A stretch of DNA of 64,000 nt, from assembly GCA_040954595.2 (NCBI GenBank), contig CM082589.2, forward strand, positions 11,730,894-11,794,893. The letters are read 5' to 3'. The notes beneath the pieces are model-generated. The model ran no database searches and had not been told where the DNA came from. It was given only the letters and a program-made list of their open reading frames with translations. A program made the translations under genes and the position numbers. The DNA is from Balanoglossus misakiensis. Taxonomy: Eukaryota > Animalia > Hemichordata. Below, piece after piece: positions 50,701 to 61,900 of the stretch (positions within the stretch are counted from its first letter, which is position 1; every line of letters begins with the position of its first letter).

Positions 50701-51070
50701 GACTATGGGGAAGGAGCAACCATCGATTGTGGGAAGTGACTTAGCTGATACCCATGGTGATTGTTCTGACGCTGACGAGGAGTCGTCGATTGCCGAGGAA
50801 GGAGGAAGTGTGGTCCGACCTATGCGTCGATCAACGAGAACTCGAAGACCACCCAAGTACTATGGATGGTGCTCACGATTGGTCAAACGTGACAAAGGTG
50901 GTAGAAGCACTTTGAGGAATTCTAGTATTGGGAAGAGGCCATCTTTTGATTTACCGAGGATTGATCATGAGGATGAAGTTTCTCATGGAAGACTGACCTC
51001 GTCGAATAGCAGAAACCACGACATAACCATGAAAATACTCGAAATGATGGCCAGTGGAATATACATGTAA
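44771..51070 (+). CDS. Gag-Pol polyprotein (PNMA-like capsid, two zinc knuckles, protease, RT, RNase H, integrase with long acidic tail), 2099 aa
   Basis: Uninterrupted ORF: FTG...SYESW....RKSIRGEA; CYNCNGEGHMSREC and CGRCKEEGHTSASC; VDTGS; SPWSSP, VDYRRLN, YMDD; TDAS, HKLEFLALKW, TDNNPL, DADGLSR; H..GH..C..C, CMDF, SDRGRNFES, TERFN. Confidence 0.97.
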   Translation: MEDAQETVVRVKKEEDGEVSMAAKGGPESDPRDKENDTTDDIKGDKSVEHGSMTMTPTGGGSVSKLSQGTIPKRGGGRGVYSPLRGRLRKPAGVHPQSLKDYSLTESAAQFDDERERLVELESELKSLLEREHRRNREIESEVSPQHSSNKTEERHEYEPTHRTFAEVNYTAPRVPNFTGDHKGKDSMSYESWLREVQSMRQSGVHSDRVLRQAVRKSIRGEASEIILGLGIDPSIEKMLKLETVYGVVVSTATLKRQLYNDFQKEGESAASFACRVEINLRRIYDRGGVRESEMDLILRTTLWEGLTDLRVKDIARHRYENAKNFDELLRIIRVAEQEVQGAHGRKTGEKLEDRRKKTRGHRAVKQQQEVSESDSDNEERSNKKKPRDHESDEMYVKMTAMLKAMQLQQEQVKLAMEQQRKEHAAGMEEIRNARATMMVSSNGVSRPRDVAARISQEPDSRRGTPNQSDERSGNKSGEKPFTCYNCNGEGHMSRECKQPCGRCKEEGHTSASCPKRKRASVKAKSMTGRRRCEKNPKRKGKPRSIDGRIVGPLNEQYAFVNGRKCLAQVDTGSQVTMISEDYYRRYLSDVAFTPLDEVLEIAGVTDDVVQYVGVIEVEVSFPSHVFNDDTTFSLLALVVKGTENNDRVPVLAGTNWLNRYMTMKMLNDGGRTMSRMKPVARRAIATLRAREQFYGPYGNMGVVRAAVSERVTLEPRTAHTIRGSMKAGPKGEKHEVLLGDDCDWNEHKGWTLNPMVTIAECGKRSSAVPVVIKNETDKPIVIKPRQVVATVKAVRGIEVQPRRDTKDNGIHDEPLEAREVTVGGLSFDVTGSPVDQDQMIKIQDVLERNIGSFSTSDGDLGRCTIHKHEINLKDERPVKQPYRRIPPALYDEIRVQIGGMLDNGVIRPSKSPWSSPLVLVAKKDGTTRICVDYRRLNAQTTPDAYALPRIEEGLDVLSGAKWFTSIDLKSGFWQIAMSEKDIPKTAFATPFGFYEFVVMPFGLMNAGATCQRVVEQCIGDYNMRICMVYMDDVIIFSETFEEHVDRVDKVLKRLRECDLKIKHTKCQLFREKIKYLGHVVSSNGVETDPDKTEALRTWPVPTNVKELRTFLGFTGYYRRFVQGYSSIARPLHALTVGYPTKRKNGGERKRPPPYQWTDACQEAFELIIDKLTSAPVLAYADYTRPFELHTDASLTGLGAALYQSIEEADGRERLRPVAYASRSLTASEKNYPAHKLEFLALKWSVTETFRDYCFGNDVTVLTDNNPLTYVASTAKLDATGQRWWNALSQYKLKIHYRPGLRNGDADGLSRRPDGRAQGFDESERRFQETVAMTPDEVQAVGEPCLSDGDEDTPWIEALAASARAIPKDMDEPPGMPGEATLPTIAMDQWAKLQDRDVTVRRIRALVHAKTGGKGKLTRTQRAQEPREVRMALRDWSKFCFRDDVLYRARTSSSGEVYYQLVLPHEFRQEAMKGVHDDCGHLGQDRAIDLLRARFYWPLMSADMKKYIRTCRRCTRRKDEAGLKTRAPMVSIETSQPLELLCMDFLSLEESKGGTKDLLVITDHFSKFAVAIPTPNQTAKTTAKNLWEHFMLPYGCPERILSDRGRNFESRVIQELCQLLDIKKSRTTPYHPQGNAQTERFNCTLLNMLGTLENEQKARWKDYVKPLVHAYNCTVHDTTGFTPYHLLFGRHAKIALDVRFGTSPESRDPTTPTKYIADLRSRMDKVFQIAKRAAEKSAQASKERYDQKVREVVLKEGDRVLRRNVSIRGQHKIADRWEESPYVVVRRLSPDLPVYVIRSTKTSKTQTVHRNLLKPCCDRPLLSYTEDEMSERSQDRAIPESTESERSSSSQSERGYVLNPESRPFRPGRVRPVRLEGTTEVTLNSMDRSDNDACVSVEQDSPEPSMMDMSDSSGQVQSPDDPVTGLRADSMDVSSAGKSDGIADRAEVTHQNIPLSDVGVNITDASISSGNVGTRKETMGKEQPSIVGSDLADTHGDCSDADEESSIAEEGGSVVRPMRRSTRTRRPPKYYGWCSRLVKRDKGGRSTLRNSSIGKRPSFDLPRIDHEDEVSHGRLTSSNSRNHDITMKILEMMASGIYM

Positions 51071-51563
51071 GTATAGGGAATGTGGATGTAGGGGTGTACG
51101 CTGGATTCACATTAGCTATTCTTGACTGTATCTGATACGTGCTTAATGCCAGGTAAGTAAGGGTGCGGTTCGAAGGTTGCTTTGTGTACCTTTGCAGATT
51201 TGCTATTTAGATTAGCCGCGTCATAGGGTCCTGCGCCTCCTGCGTTGCCCAGCGAACTCTGCGCGCTTACCTTTTTCTGATTACTCTTTCAGGTTCACTG
51301 ATCGAGACTCTGCCTACCCTACTGCAACAGGATTGTGTAGCTTGTTTCATCGAAAGTGCATCTGAGGATGACTCGAGTCACTCGTTTTACAGGCACGATG
51401 CCTATGCCGACGAGAATGTTTCGATATTGAGTCTCGTTGATGTAGTGTTTGTATTTACGCTCATGTTCTGTGTTTCATTGTCGAACGAAGGCAAACTTAT
51501 TGAGCTTGTTTTTTGTCGGGAAGTAAGCATAGTAAATCGTCCCTATGCTGACTTGGGGCAGTG

Positions 51564-52940
51564 TGATACCATTGAATTTGCACCCCTCAGAGCATAGTGG
51601 AATGACCCCGCCTATATCGTATATTTGATACATTTTTGATTACTGACTTTACCTGTTTATTGTGATTACGCAATTGAAGTAGTCCGCAGGTGTTGACTGT
51701 ATTTCTTGTGAGGTATTCGATTTCGAGTTATGATGTTTCTGTATGAAAGCTCTTTTATTGTTATTGATCGAATATTTGCTACTGGAAAGTTGAATTTGTT
51801 CCGTCCAGGCAGTACCGCGTGTATTCAGTCAAAGGTTTGGCGGGTGTAATACGGCGATGAACTAGTGAGTAAAAAGGGAACTTTTTTAATATGGCCGTTG
51901 TCCGATTGTATTGACGAGAGTGGAATCTCCACAAAAATCCGAACCATCGGCAGAATCGTACGGCGAAATTGCATCTTGAATGGGAATCGAGGAGAGCCGG
52001 ATGTTAACTAACATTATTTGAGCTAGTCTTCGTGAGATCCCTACGTAAGAAGCATTTCATCGACTATTTCGAACGACAGGTCTGCTGTACCTGAACGAAC
52101 CATTGTTATTGTCACGCTGATTACTGAGACACCGATCGCCGAGATCCAACGATTACGGGTACTCGCGCAGGTTTCTCAACGTCGATGCTTCACGAACTGA
52201 AAGCTGATGTAAGTACGATCTCATTAACGCTAATCATGTAAAATCGGACTGGATTTGATAAACTTACGGCCTTTCTAGGTTCTTCGAACCACGGCGTGTG
52301 GGGAATGCAATGAGCCGCATTGTTTGACCCCCAACGTCTACAAACTTTGAACGAATCATATACGAGCAGGAACACTCGACCCTACGATCGATTTGCCGAT
52401 CACGGAACTGATCAGCGCTTCGTCATCAAGCTCCGCTTTACGCCTGGATACACTCGGAGCGTTTGCGACGAGCGAACTTTGAGATATTTGCATTGATTGT
52501 TAGAGGATTCTCTTCGTTGGATTTTGGAAGCGGATCGACGCGACTGTTGAGTGCGGGACAGCGCCCTCATCGCCAGAACTCGATTGTGCGTCACGTTCGT
52601 TTATAAACTATTGAACTTTGACCGGACTCGCGGCAGGTTGTGCCACGCCAGTTTTCTTCAGGAAGGTGTTACTTATTAATGAAACAGGTTTTGATAGAGC
52701 TCTTGTTACATCTCTGATGTTGATAGACTTACTATTAATTATACTTCTTTCATTGGATATAAAGTGTCTTTGTGTCATTTTGTCCACACACCCTTCACTC
52801 GCCCTGTGTTCCCAAAGCTACCGCAATCACCACGAATCCTACGACCCAACTCACATGAACGAAACTTGTTGATTACCCTTGTCGAGTTTGCTCACGCCCA
52901 GCTAGCCCATCGTTTTTATTGGAATTTTGCAAGGGTAACA
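51564..52940 (+). repeat. Gypsy-2 3' LTR
   Basis: Direct repeat of 43078-44453, preceded by TTGGGGCAGTG and a short AGCATAG/CTATGCT hairpin. Confidence 0.96.
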
Positions 52941-55900
52941 CTAACATACGCTAGTATCTGTCATATTGTGACGGAGATTTAGCCGAGCCAGGCCGTAGAA
53001 AAATCGACTTGTTCAACGTTACCAGTGTGCAACTGTTTCAGCTCTAGAGTGTCAGGGTTTTAGCCGACTTATGCTGTAGGAAATCTGAGTTGATGAACGG
53101 GAATTCAATGTTAGAAAACCCGTGTGGAAAGTATCTCTACCCGTTTGAATCTAAGAAAAGAATTTATTCTTATTTAATTTGTAAAAAAGACAATTTTTCG
53201 AAAAAAAGTCGAAAATGGAAATTTTGTCTTGGGTGATTCAAATTATACCGCCTTTTCTGGAATTTGCAGCACTTTTTACAAGAGAACGACACTTCATGCT
53301 CCATAATATTTCCGAAAATGAAGAAAAGAGTTAATTTTTTATGATTTTTTAAAAATTTACCATTTTTGTCAAAATATGGCCAAAATGGCTATTTTTTCTT
53401 GAATTCCATCAATATCTCTGCATTTTTGGAGTGGTCGAAAGTTTTAACATACAATCAACATGTCATATATGATCAGGGCACCAAATTCGAAGAACAAAGG
53501 TTTGTTTTTTTTTTTTTTCTAAAAATGACATTTTCAAGGAAAATTTGGTAAAACGCAATTTTGTCTGCAGTGAGCAACATTAGACGGTCTTCTGTGGAAT
53601 TGGTATCGATATATACATACGAAGAGCATTCTATACTCCATCAGATTTCCGAAAATATAGAAAATAGGTATTTTTTGTAATTTTCAAAAATTTACCATTT
53701 TGACCAAATTATGGCTAAAATTGTTATTTTCGTGTTGAATGCCGCCAGTGTCACTGCTTTTAAAAGTCATAAAAACTTTTAACATACAAGCAATTGTTTA
53801 TATATGATCAGGTCACCGAATTAAAAAAAATAAAGAATGTTTTGCCTAAAAATGACCTTTTTGGTGCAAAAACGAATAAAACGCAATTTTGTATTAAATC
53901 AGCTCATTCAGAGTGCATTTTTTATAATCAGCACCATTTTTACATATAATGGAAATTTCATACATCATCAGATATCCAAATATGAAAAAATGATTTAGAT
54001 TTTAGATGATTGTCCAAAATTAGCTGATATCTAATAAATGTAGTATTGAAGCGGTCTGTTCCCCCCCCCCCCCCCTACATTATATGCGGTACGCCGATGT
54101 CAGCTTACCCGGCAGTACTGCAGGCCGGGCCCCCAACTAACGTCGGTGTTTGAAACGCCCTGGTTAAATTCGGGCTTTCTCTATAAATTGACAGGCAATA
54201 ATGCAGTCCTACCCGAACAAATGTCGAGTGTTGACCCGCTGTGACTTTCCCTCTTCGGTTTGCCCGACTTAGCCAACGTCTTTGTACTAGAGTGTCGGGT
54301 CTTTTGCAGAGCCAGGCCGAAGGAAATCCGACTTGATCACCGTTGATAACGAACGCAAGTGTCTGTCATGGTGTGCCGGGGTTTTAGTCGAGCCAGGCCG
54401 TAGGAGATCTGACTTGATCATCGTGGTCAATGTACGCGTGTTTCCGCTCTAAAGTGCCGGGGCTTCAGCTAAACCAGGCCGTAGGAAATCCGACGTAATC
54501 ACCGTTGATAACTTACGCCAGTCTGTGTCATATAGAGCCGGTTCACCAGCCGAGCCAGGCCGAAGGAAATGTGAGTAGATCAATGTGGTCTCTGTACGCG
54601 TGTTTCTGCTCTAGAGTGCCAGGGATTTAGCCAAGCCATACCGTAGGAAATCTGACTTGATCAACGTTGCTAACGAACGCTAGTGTATGTCATAGTGTGC
54701 CGGGGTTTTAGTCGAGCCAAGCCGTAGGAGAACAGACTTGATCAACGTGGTCAATGTACGCCTGTTTCTGCTCTAGAGTGCCGGGGCTTCAGCTGAGCCA
54801 GGCCGTAGGAAACCCGACGTGATTACCGTTGTTAACTTACGCCAGTCTGTGTCCTTTATATAGTGCCGGGGCATCAGCCGTGCCAGGCCGAAGGAAATGT
54901 GAGTAGATCAACGTGGTCTCTGTACGCGTGTTTCTGCTCTAGAGTGCCAGGGCTTTAGCCAAGCCATGCCGTAGGAAATCTGACTTGATCAACGTTGCTA
55001 ACGAACGCTAGTGTCTGTCATAGTGTGCCGGGGTTTTAGTCGAGCCAAGCCGTAGGAGATCAGACTTGATCAACGTGGTCTCTGTACGCGTGTTTCCGCT
55101 CTAAATTGCCGGGGCTTCAGCTAAACCAGGCCGTAGGAAATCCGACGGAATAACCGTTGATAACTTACGCCAGTCTGTGTCATATAGAGCCGGTGCACCA
55201 GCCGAGTCACGCCATAGGAAATCTGACTTGATCAACGTGGTCAATGTACGCTTGTTTCTGCTCTAGAGTGCCGGGGCGTCAGCTGAGCCAGGCCGTAGGA
55301 AACCCGACGTGATTACCGTTGTTAACTTACGCCAGTCTGTGTCCTATATATAGTGCCGGGGCATCAGCCGTGCCAGGCCGAAGGAAATGTGAGTAGATCA
55401 ACGTGGTCTCTGTACGCGTGTTTCTGCTCTAGAGTGCCAGGGCTTTAGCCAAGCCATGCCGTAGGAAATCTGACTTGATCAACGTTGCTAACGAACGCTA
55501 GTGTCTGTCATAGTGTGCCGGGGTTTTAGTCGAGCCAAGCCGTAGGAGATCAGACTTGATCAACGTGGTCTCTGTACGCGTGTTTCCGCTCTTGAGTGCC
55601 GGGGCTTTATCCAAGCCCTGCCGTAGAAAATCTGACTTGATCACCGTTGCTAACGTACGCTAGTGTCTGTCATATTGTGAGTCAGACGGAGATTTAGCCG
55701 AGCCAGGCCGTAGAAAAATCGACTTGTTCAACGTTACCAGTGTGCAACTGTTTCTTCTCTAGAGTGTCAGGGTTTTAGCCGACTTATGCTGTAGGAAATC
55801 TGAGTTGATGAACGGGAATTCAATGTTAGAAAACCCGTGTGGAAAGTATCTCTACCCGTTTGAAACTAAGAAAAGAATTTATTCTTATTTATTTTGTAAA

Positions 55901-58900
55901 AAAAACAATTTTTCGAAAAAAAGTCGAAAATGGTAATTTTGTCTTGGGTGATTCACATTATACCGCCTTTTCTGGAATTTGCAGCACTTTTTACAAGAGA
56001 ACGACACTTCATGCTCCATAATATTTCCGAAAATGAAGAAGAGAATTAATTTTTCATGATTTTTTAAAAATTCACCATGTTTGTCAAAATATGGCCAAAA
56101 TGGCTATTTTTTCTTGAATTCCGTCAATATCTCTGCATATTTGGAGTGGTCGAAAGTTTTAACATACAATCAACATGTCATATATGATCAGGGCACCAAA
56201 TTCGAAGAACAAAGGTTTTTTTATTTATTTTTTTCTAAAAATGACATTTTCAAGGAAAATTTGGTAAAACGCAATTTTGTCTGCAGTGAGCCACATTAGA
56301 CGGTCTTTTGTGGAATTTGTATCGATATATACATACGAAGAGCATTATATACTCCATCAGATTTCCGAAAATGTAGAAAACAGGTATTTTTTGTAATTTT
56401 CAAAAATTTACCATTTTGACCAAATTGTGGATAAAATTGTTATTTTCGTATTGAATGCCGCCAGTGTCACTGCTTTTAAAAGTCATAAAAACTTTTAACA
56501 GACAAGCAATTGTTTATATATGATCAGGTCACCGAATTAAAAAAAATAAAGACTGTTTTGCCTAAAAATGACCTTTTTGGTGCAAAAACGAATAAAACGC
56601 AATTTTGTATTAAATCAGAGTGCATATTTTATAATCAGCACCATTTTTACATATAATGGAAATTTCATACATCATCAGATATCCAAATAATTTAGATTTT
56701 AGATGATTGTCCAAAATTAGCTGATATCTAATAAATGTAGTATTGAACCGTTCCACCCCCCCCCCCCCCTACATTATATGCGGTACGCCGATGTCAGCTT
56801 ACCCGGCAGTACTGCAGGCCGTGCCCCCAACTAACGTCGGTGTTTGAAACGCCCTGGTTTAATTCGGGCTTTCTCTATAAATTGACAAGCAATAATGCAG
56901 TCCTAACCGAACAAATGTCGAGTGTTGACCCGCTGTGACTTTCCCTCTTCGGTTTGCCCGACTTAGCCAACGTCTTTGTACTAGAGTGTCGGGTCTTTTG
57001 CAGAGCCAGGCCGAAGGAAATCCGACTTGATCACCGTTGCTAACGAACGCTAGTGTCTGTCATGGTGTGCCGGGGTTTTAGTCGATCCAGGCCGTAGGAG
57101 ATCTGACTTGATCATCGTGGTCAATGTACGCGTGTTTCCGATCTAAAGTGCCGGGGCTTCAGCTAAACCAGGCCGTAGGAAATCCGACGTAATCACCGTT
57201 GATAACTTACGCCAGTCTGTGTCATATAGAGCCGGTGCACCAGCCGAGTCACGCCGTAGGAAATCTGACTTGATCAACGTGGTCAATGTACGCCTGTTTC
57301 TGCTCCAGAGTGCCGGGGCTTCAGCTGAGCCAGGCCGTAGGAAACCCGATGTGATTACCGTTGTTAACTTACGCCAGTCTGTGTCTGATATATAGTGCCA
57401 GGGCATCAGCCGTGCCAGGCCAAAGGAAATGTTAGTAGATCAACGTGGTCTCTGTACGCGTGTTTCTGCTCTAGAGTGCCGGGGCTTTATCCAAGCCCTG
57501 CCGTAGAAAATCTGACTTGATCACCGTTGCTAACGTACGCTAGTGTCTGTCATATTGTGACGGAGATTTAGCCGAGCCAGGCCGTAGAAAAATCGACTTG
57601 TTCAACGTTACCAGTGTGCAACTGTTTCTGCTCTAGAGTGTTAGGGTTTTAGCCGACTTATGCTGTAGGAAATCTGAGTTGATGAACGGTAATTCAATGT
57701 TAGAAAACCCGTGTGGAAAGTATCTCTACCCGTTTAAAACTAAGAAAAGAATTTATTCTTATTTATTTTGTAAAAAAAGATAATTTTTCGAAAAAAAAGT
57801 CGAAAATGGTAATTTTGTCTTGGGTGATTCAAATTATACCGCCTTTTCTGGAATTTGCAGCACTTTTTACAAGAGAACGACACTTCATGCTCCATAATAT
57901 TTCCGAAAATGTAGAAAAGAGTTAATTTTTTATGATTTTTTTAAAAATTTACCATTTTTGACAAAATATGGCCAAAATGGCTATTTTTTCTTGAATTTCG
58001 TCACTATCTCTACATTTTTGGAGTGGTCGAAAGTTTTAACATACAATCAACATGTCATATATGATCAGGGCACCAAATTCGAAGAACAAAGGTTTTTTTA
58101 TTTTTTTTTTCTAAAAATGACATTTTCAAGCAAAATTTGATAACATGCAATTTTGTCTGCAGTGAGACTGTCTTTTGTGGAATTTGTATCGATATTTACA
58201 TACGAAGAGCATTCTATACTCCATCAGATTTCCGAAAATGTAGAAAAAGGTATTTTTGGTAATTTTCAAAAATTTACCATTTTGACCAAATTGTGGCTAA
58301 AATTGTTATTTTCGTTTTGAATGCCGCAAGTGTCACTGCTTTTAAAAGTCATAAACACTTTTAACATACAAGCAATTGTTTATATATGATCAGGTCACCG
58401 AATTAAAAAAATAAAGAATGTTTTGCCTAAAAATGACCTTTTTGGTGCAAAAACGAATAAAACGCAATTTTGTATTAAATCAGCTCATTAAGATTGCATT
58501 TTTTATAATCAGCACCATTTCTACATATAATGGAAATGTCATACATCATCAGATATCCAAATATGAAAAAATGATTTAGATTTTAGATGATTGTCCAAAA
58601 TTAGCTGATATCTAATAAATGTAGTATTGAACCGTTCTGTTCCCCCCCCCCCCCCTACATTATATGCGGTACGCCGATGTCAGCTTACCCGGCAGTACTG
58701 CAGGCCGTGCCCCCAACTAACGTCGGTGTTTGAAACGCCCTGGTTAAATTCGGGCTTTCTCTATAAATTGACAGGCAATAATGCAGTCCTACCCGAACAA
58801 ATGTCGAGTGTTGACCCGCTGTGACTTTCCCTCTTCGGTTTGCCCGACTTAGCCAACGTCTTTGCACTAGAGTGTCGGATCTTTTGCAGAGCCAGGCCGA

Positions 58901-61900
58901 AGGAAATCCGACTTGATCACCGTTGCTAACGAACGCTAGTGTCTGTCATGGTGTGCCGGGGTTTTAGTCGAGCCAGGCCGTAGGAGATCTGACTTGATCA
59001 TCGTGGTCAATGTACGCGTGTTTCCGATCTAAAGTGCCGGGGCTTCAGCTAAACCAGGCCGTAGGAAATCCGACGTAATCACCGTTGATAACTTACGCCA
59101 GTCCGTGTCATATAGAGCCGGTGCACCAGCCGAGTCACGCCGTAGGAAATCTGATTTGATCAACGTGATCAATGTACGCCTGTTTCTGCTCTAGAGTGCC
59201 GGGGCTTCAGCTGAGCCAGGCCGTAGGAAACCCGACTTGATCAACGTTGCTAACGAACGCTAGTGTCTGTCATAGTGTGCCGGGGTTTTAGTCGAGCCAA
59301 GCCGTAGGAGATCAGACTTGATCAACGTGGTCTCTGTACGCGTGTTTCTGCTCTAGAGTGCCGGGGCTTTAGCCAAGCCATGCCGTAGAAAATCTGACTT
59401 GATCACCGTTGCTAACGAACGCTAGTGTCTGTCATAGTGTGCCGGGGTTTTAGTCGAGCCAAGCCGTAGGAGATCAGACTTGATCAACGTGGTCTCTGTA
59501 CGCGTGTTTCTGCTCTAGAGTGCCGGGGCTTTATCCAAGCCATGCCGTAGAAAATCTGACTTGATCACCGTTGCTAACGTACGCTAGTGTCTGTCATATT
59601 GTGACGGAGATTTAGCCGAGCCAGGCCGTAGAAAAATCGACTTGTTCAACGTTACCAGTGTGCAACTGTTTCTGCTCTAGAGTGTCAGGGTTTTAGCCGA
59701 CTTATGCTGTAGGAAATCTGAGTTGATGAACGGGAATTCAATGGTAGAAAACCCGTGTAGAAAGTATCTCTACCCGTTTGAAACTAAGAAAAGAATTTAT
59801 TCTTATTTATTTTGTAAAAAAGACAATTTTTCGAAAAAAAGTCGAAAATGGTAATTTTGTCTTGGGTGATTTAAATTATACCGCCTTTTCTAGAATTTGC
59901 AGCACTTTTTACAAGAGAACGACACTTCATGCTCCATAATATTTCCGAAAATGAAGAAAAGAGTTAATTTTTTATGATTTTTTAAAAATTTACCATTTTT
60001 GTCAAAATATGGCCAAAATGGCTATTTTTCTTGAATTCCGTCAATATCTCTGCATTTTTGGAGTGGTCGAGAGTTTTAACATACAATCAACATGTCATAT
60101 ATGATCAGGGCACCAAATTCGAAGAACAAAGGTTTTTTTATTTATTTTTTCTAAAAATGACATTTTCAAGGAAAATTTGGTAAAACGCAATTTTGTCTGC
60201 AGTGAGCCAAATTGGCCGTTTTTTTGTGGAATTTGTATCGATATATATATACGAAGAGCATTCTATACTCCATCAGATTTCCGAAAATTTAGAAAACAGG
60301 TATTTTTTGTAATTTTCAAAAATTTACCTCTTTGACCAAATTGTGGCTAAAATTGTTATTTTCGTGTTGAATGCCGCCAGTGTCACTGCTTTTCAAAGTC
60401 GGAAAAACTTTTAACATACAAGCAATTGTTTATATATGATCAGGTCACCGAATTAAAAAAATAAAGAATGTTTTGCCTAAAAATGACCTTTTTGGTTCAA
60501 AAACGAATAAAACGCAATTTTGTATTAAATCAGCTCATTCAGAGTGCATTTTTTATAATCAGCTCCATTTTTACATATAATGGAAATTTCATACATCATC
60601 CAGCCGAGTCACGCCGTAGGAAATCTGACTTGATCAACGTGGTCAATGTACGCCTGTTTCTGCTCTAGAGTGCCGGGGCTTCAGCTGAGCCAGGCCGTAG
60701 GAAACCCGACGTGGTTACCGTTGTTAACTTACGCCAGTCTGTGTCCTATATATAGTGCCGGGGCATCAGCCGTGCCAGGCCGAAGGAAATGTGAGTAGAT
60801 CAACGTGGTCTCTGTACGCGTGTTTCTGCTCTAGAGTGCCGGGGCTTTATCCAAGCCATGCCGTAGAAAATCTGACTTGATCACCGTTGCTAACCTACAC
60901 TAGTGTCTGTCATATTGTGACGGAGATTTAGCCGAGCCAGGCCGTAGAAAAATCGACTTGTTCAACGTTACCAGTGTGCAACTGTTTCTGCTCTAGAGTG
61001 TCAGGGTTTTAGCCGACTTATGCTGTAAGAAATCTGAGTTGATGAACGGGAATTCAATGTTAGAAAACCCGTGTGGAAAGTATCTCTACCCGTTTGAAAC
61101 TAAGAAAAGAATTTATTCTTATTTATTTTGTAAAAAAGACAATTTTTCGAAAAAAAGTCGAAAATGGTAATTTTGTCTTGGGTGATTCAAATTATACCGC
61201 CTTTTCTGGAATTTGCAGCACTTTTTACAAGAGAACGACACTTCATGCTCCATAATATTTCCGAAAATGAAGAAAAGAGTTATTTTTTTATGATTTTTTA
61301 AAAAATTACCATTTTTGACAAAATATGGCCAAAATGGCTATTTTTTCTTGAATTCCGTCAATATCTCTGCATTTTTGGAGTGGTCGAAAGTCTTAACTTA
61401 CAATCACCATGTCATATATGATCGGGGCACCAAATTCGAAGAACAAAGGTTTTTTTTATTATTTTTCTTCTAAAAATGACATTTTCAAGGAAAATTTGGT
61501 AAAACGCAATTTTGTCTGCAGTGAGCCAAATTAGACGGTCATTTGTGGAATTTGTATCGATATATACATACGAAGAGCATTCTATACTCCATCAGATTTC
61601 CGAAAATTTAGAAAACAGGTATTTTTTGTAATTTTCAAAAATTTACCATTTTGACCAAATTGTGGCTAAAATTGTTATTTTCGTGATGAATGCCGCCAGT
61701 GTCACTGCTTTTAAAAGTCATAAAAACTTTTAACATACAAGCAATTGTTTATATATGATCAGGTCACCGAATTAAAAAAATAAAGAATGTTTGCCTAAAA
61801 ATGACCTTTTTGGTGCAAAAACGAATAAAACGCAATTTTGTATTAAATCAGCTCATTCAGAGTGCATTTTTTATAATCAGCACCATTTTTACATATAATG

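Larger units (their letters stand above)
43078..52940 (+). mobile_element. Ty3/Gypsy LTR retrotransposon (Gypsy-2), intact, recent
   Basis: TG...CA LTRs at 43078-44453 (1376 bp) and 51564-52940 (1377 bp) with about 5 differences seen. 4-bp TSD CTAA at 43074-43077 and 52941-52944. Confidence 0.98.

Noticed and set aside
18939-51110. Short antisense or alternate-frame ORFs inside the retrotransposons and LTRs
   Set aside because: They are shadows of the gag-pol frames or chance ORFs duplicated with the LTRs, and none shows a recognisable motif.
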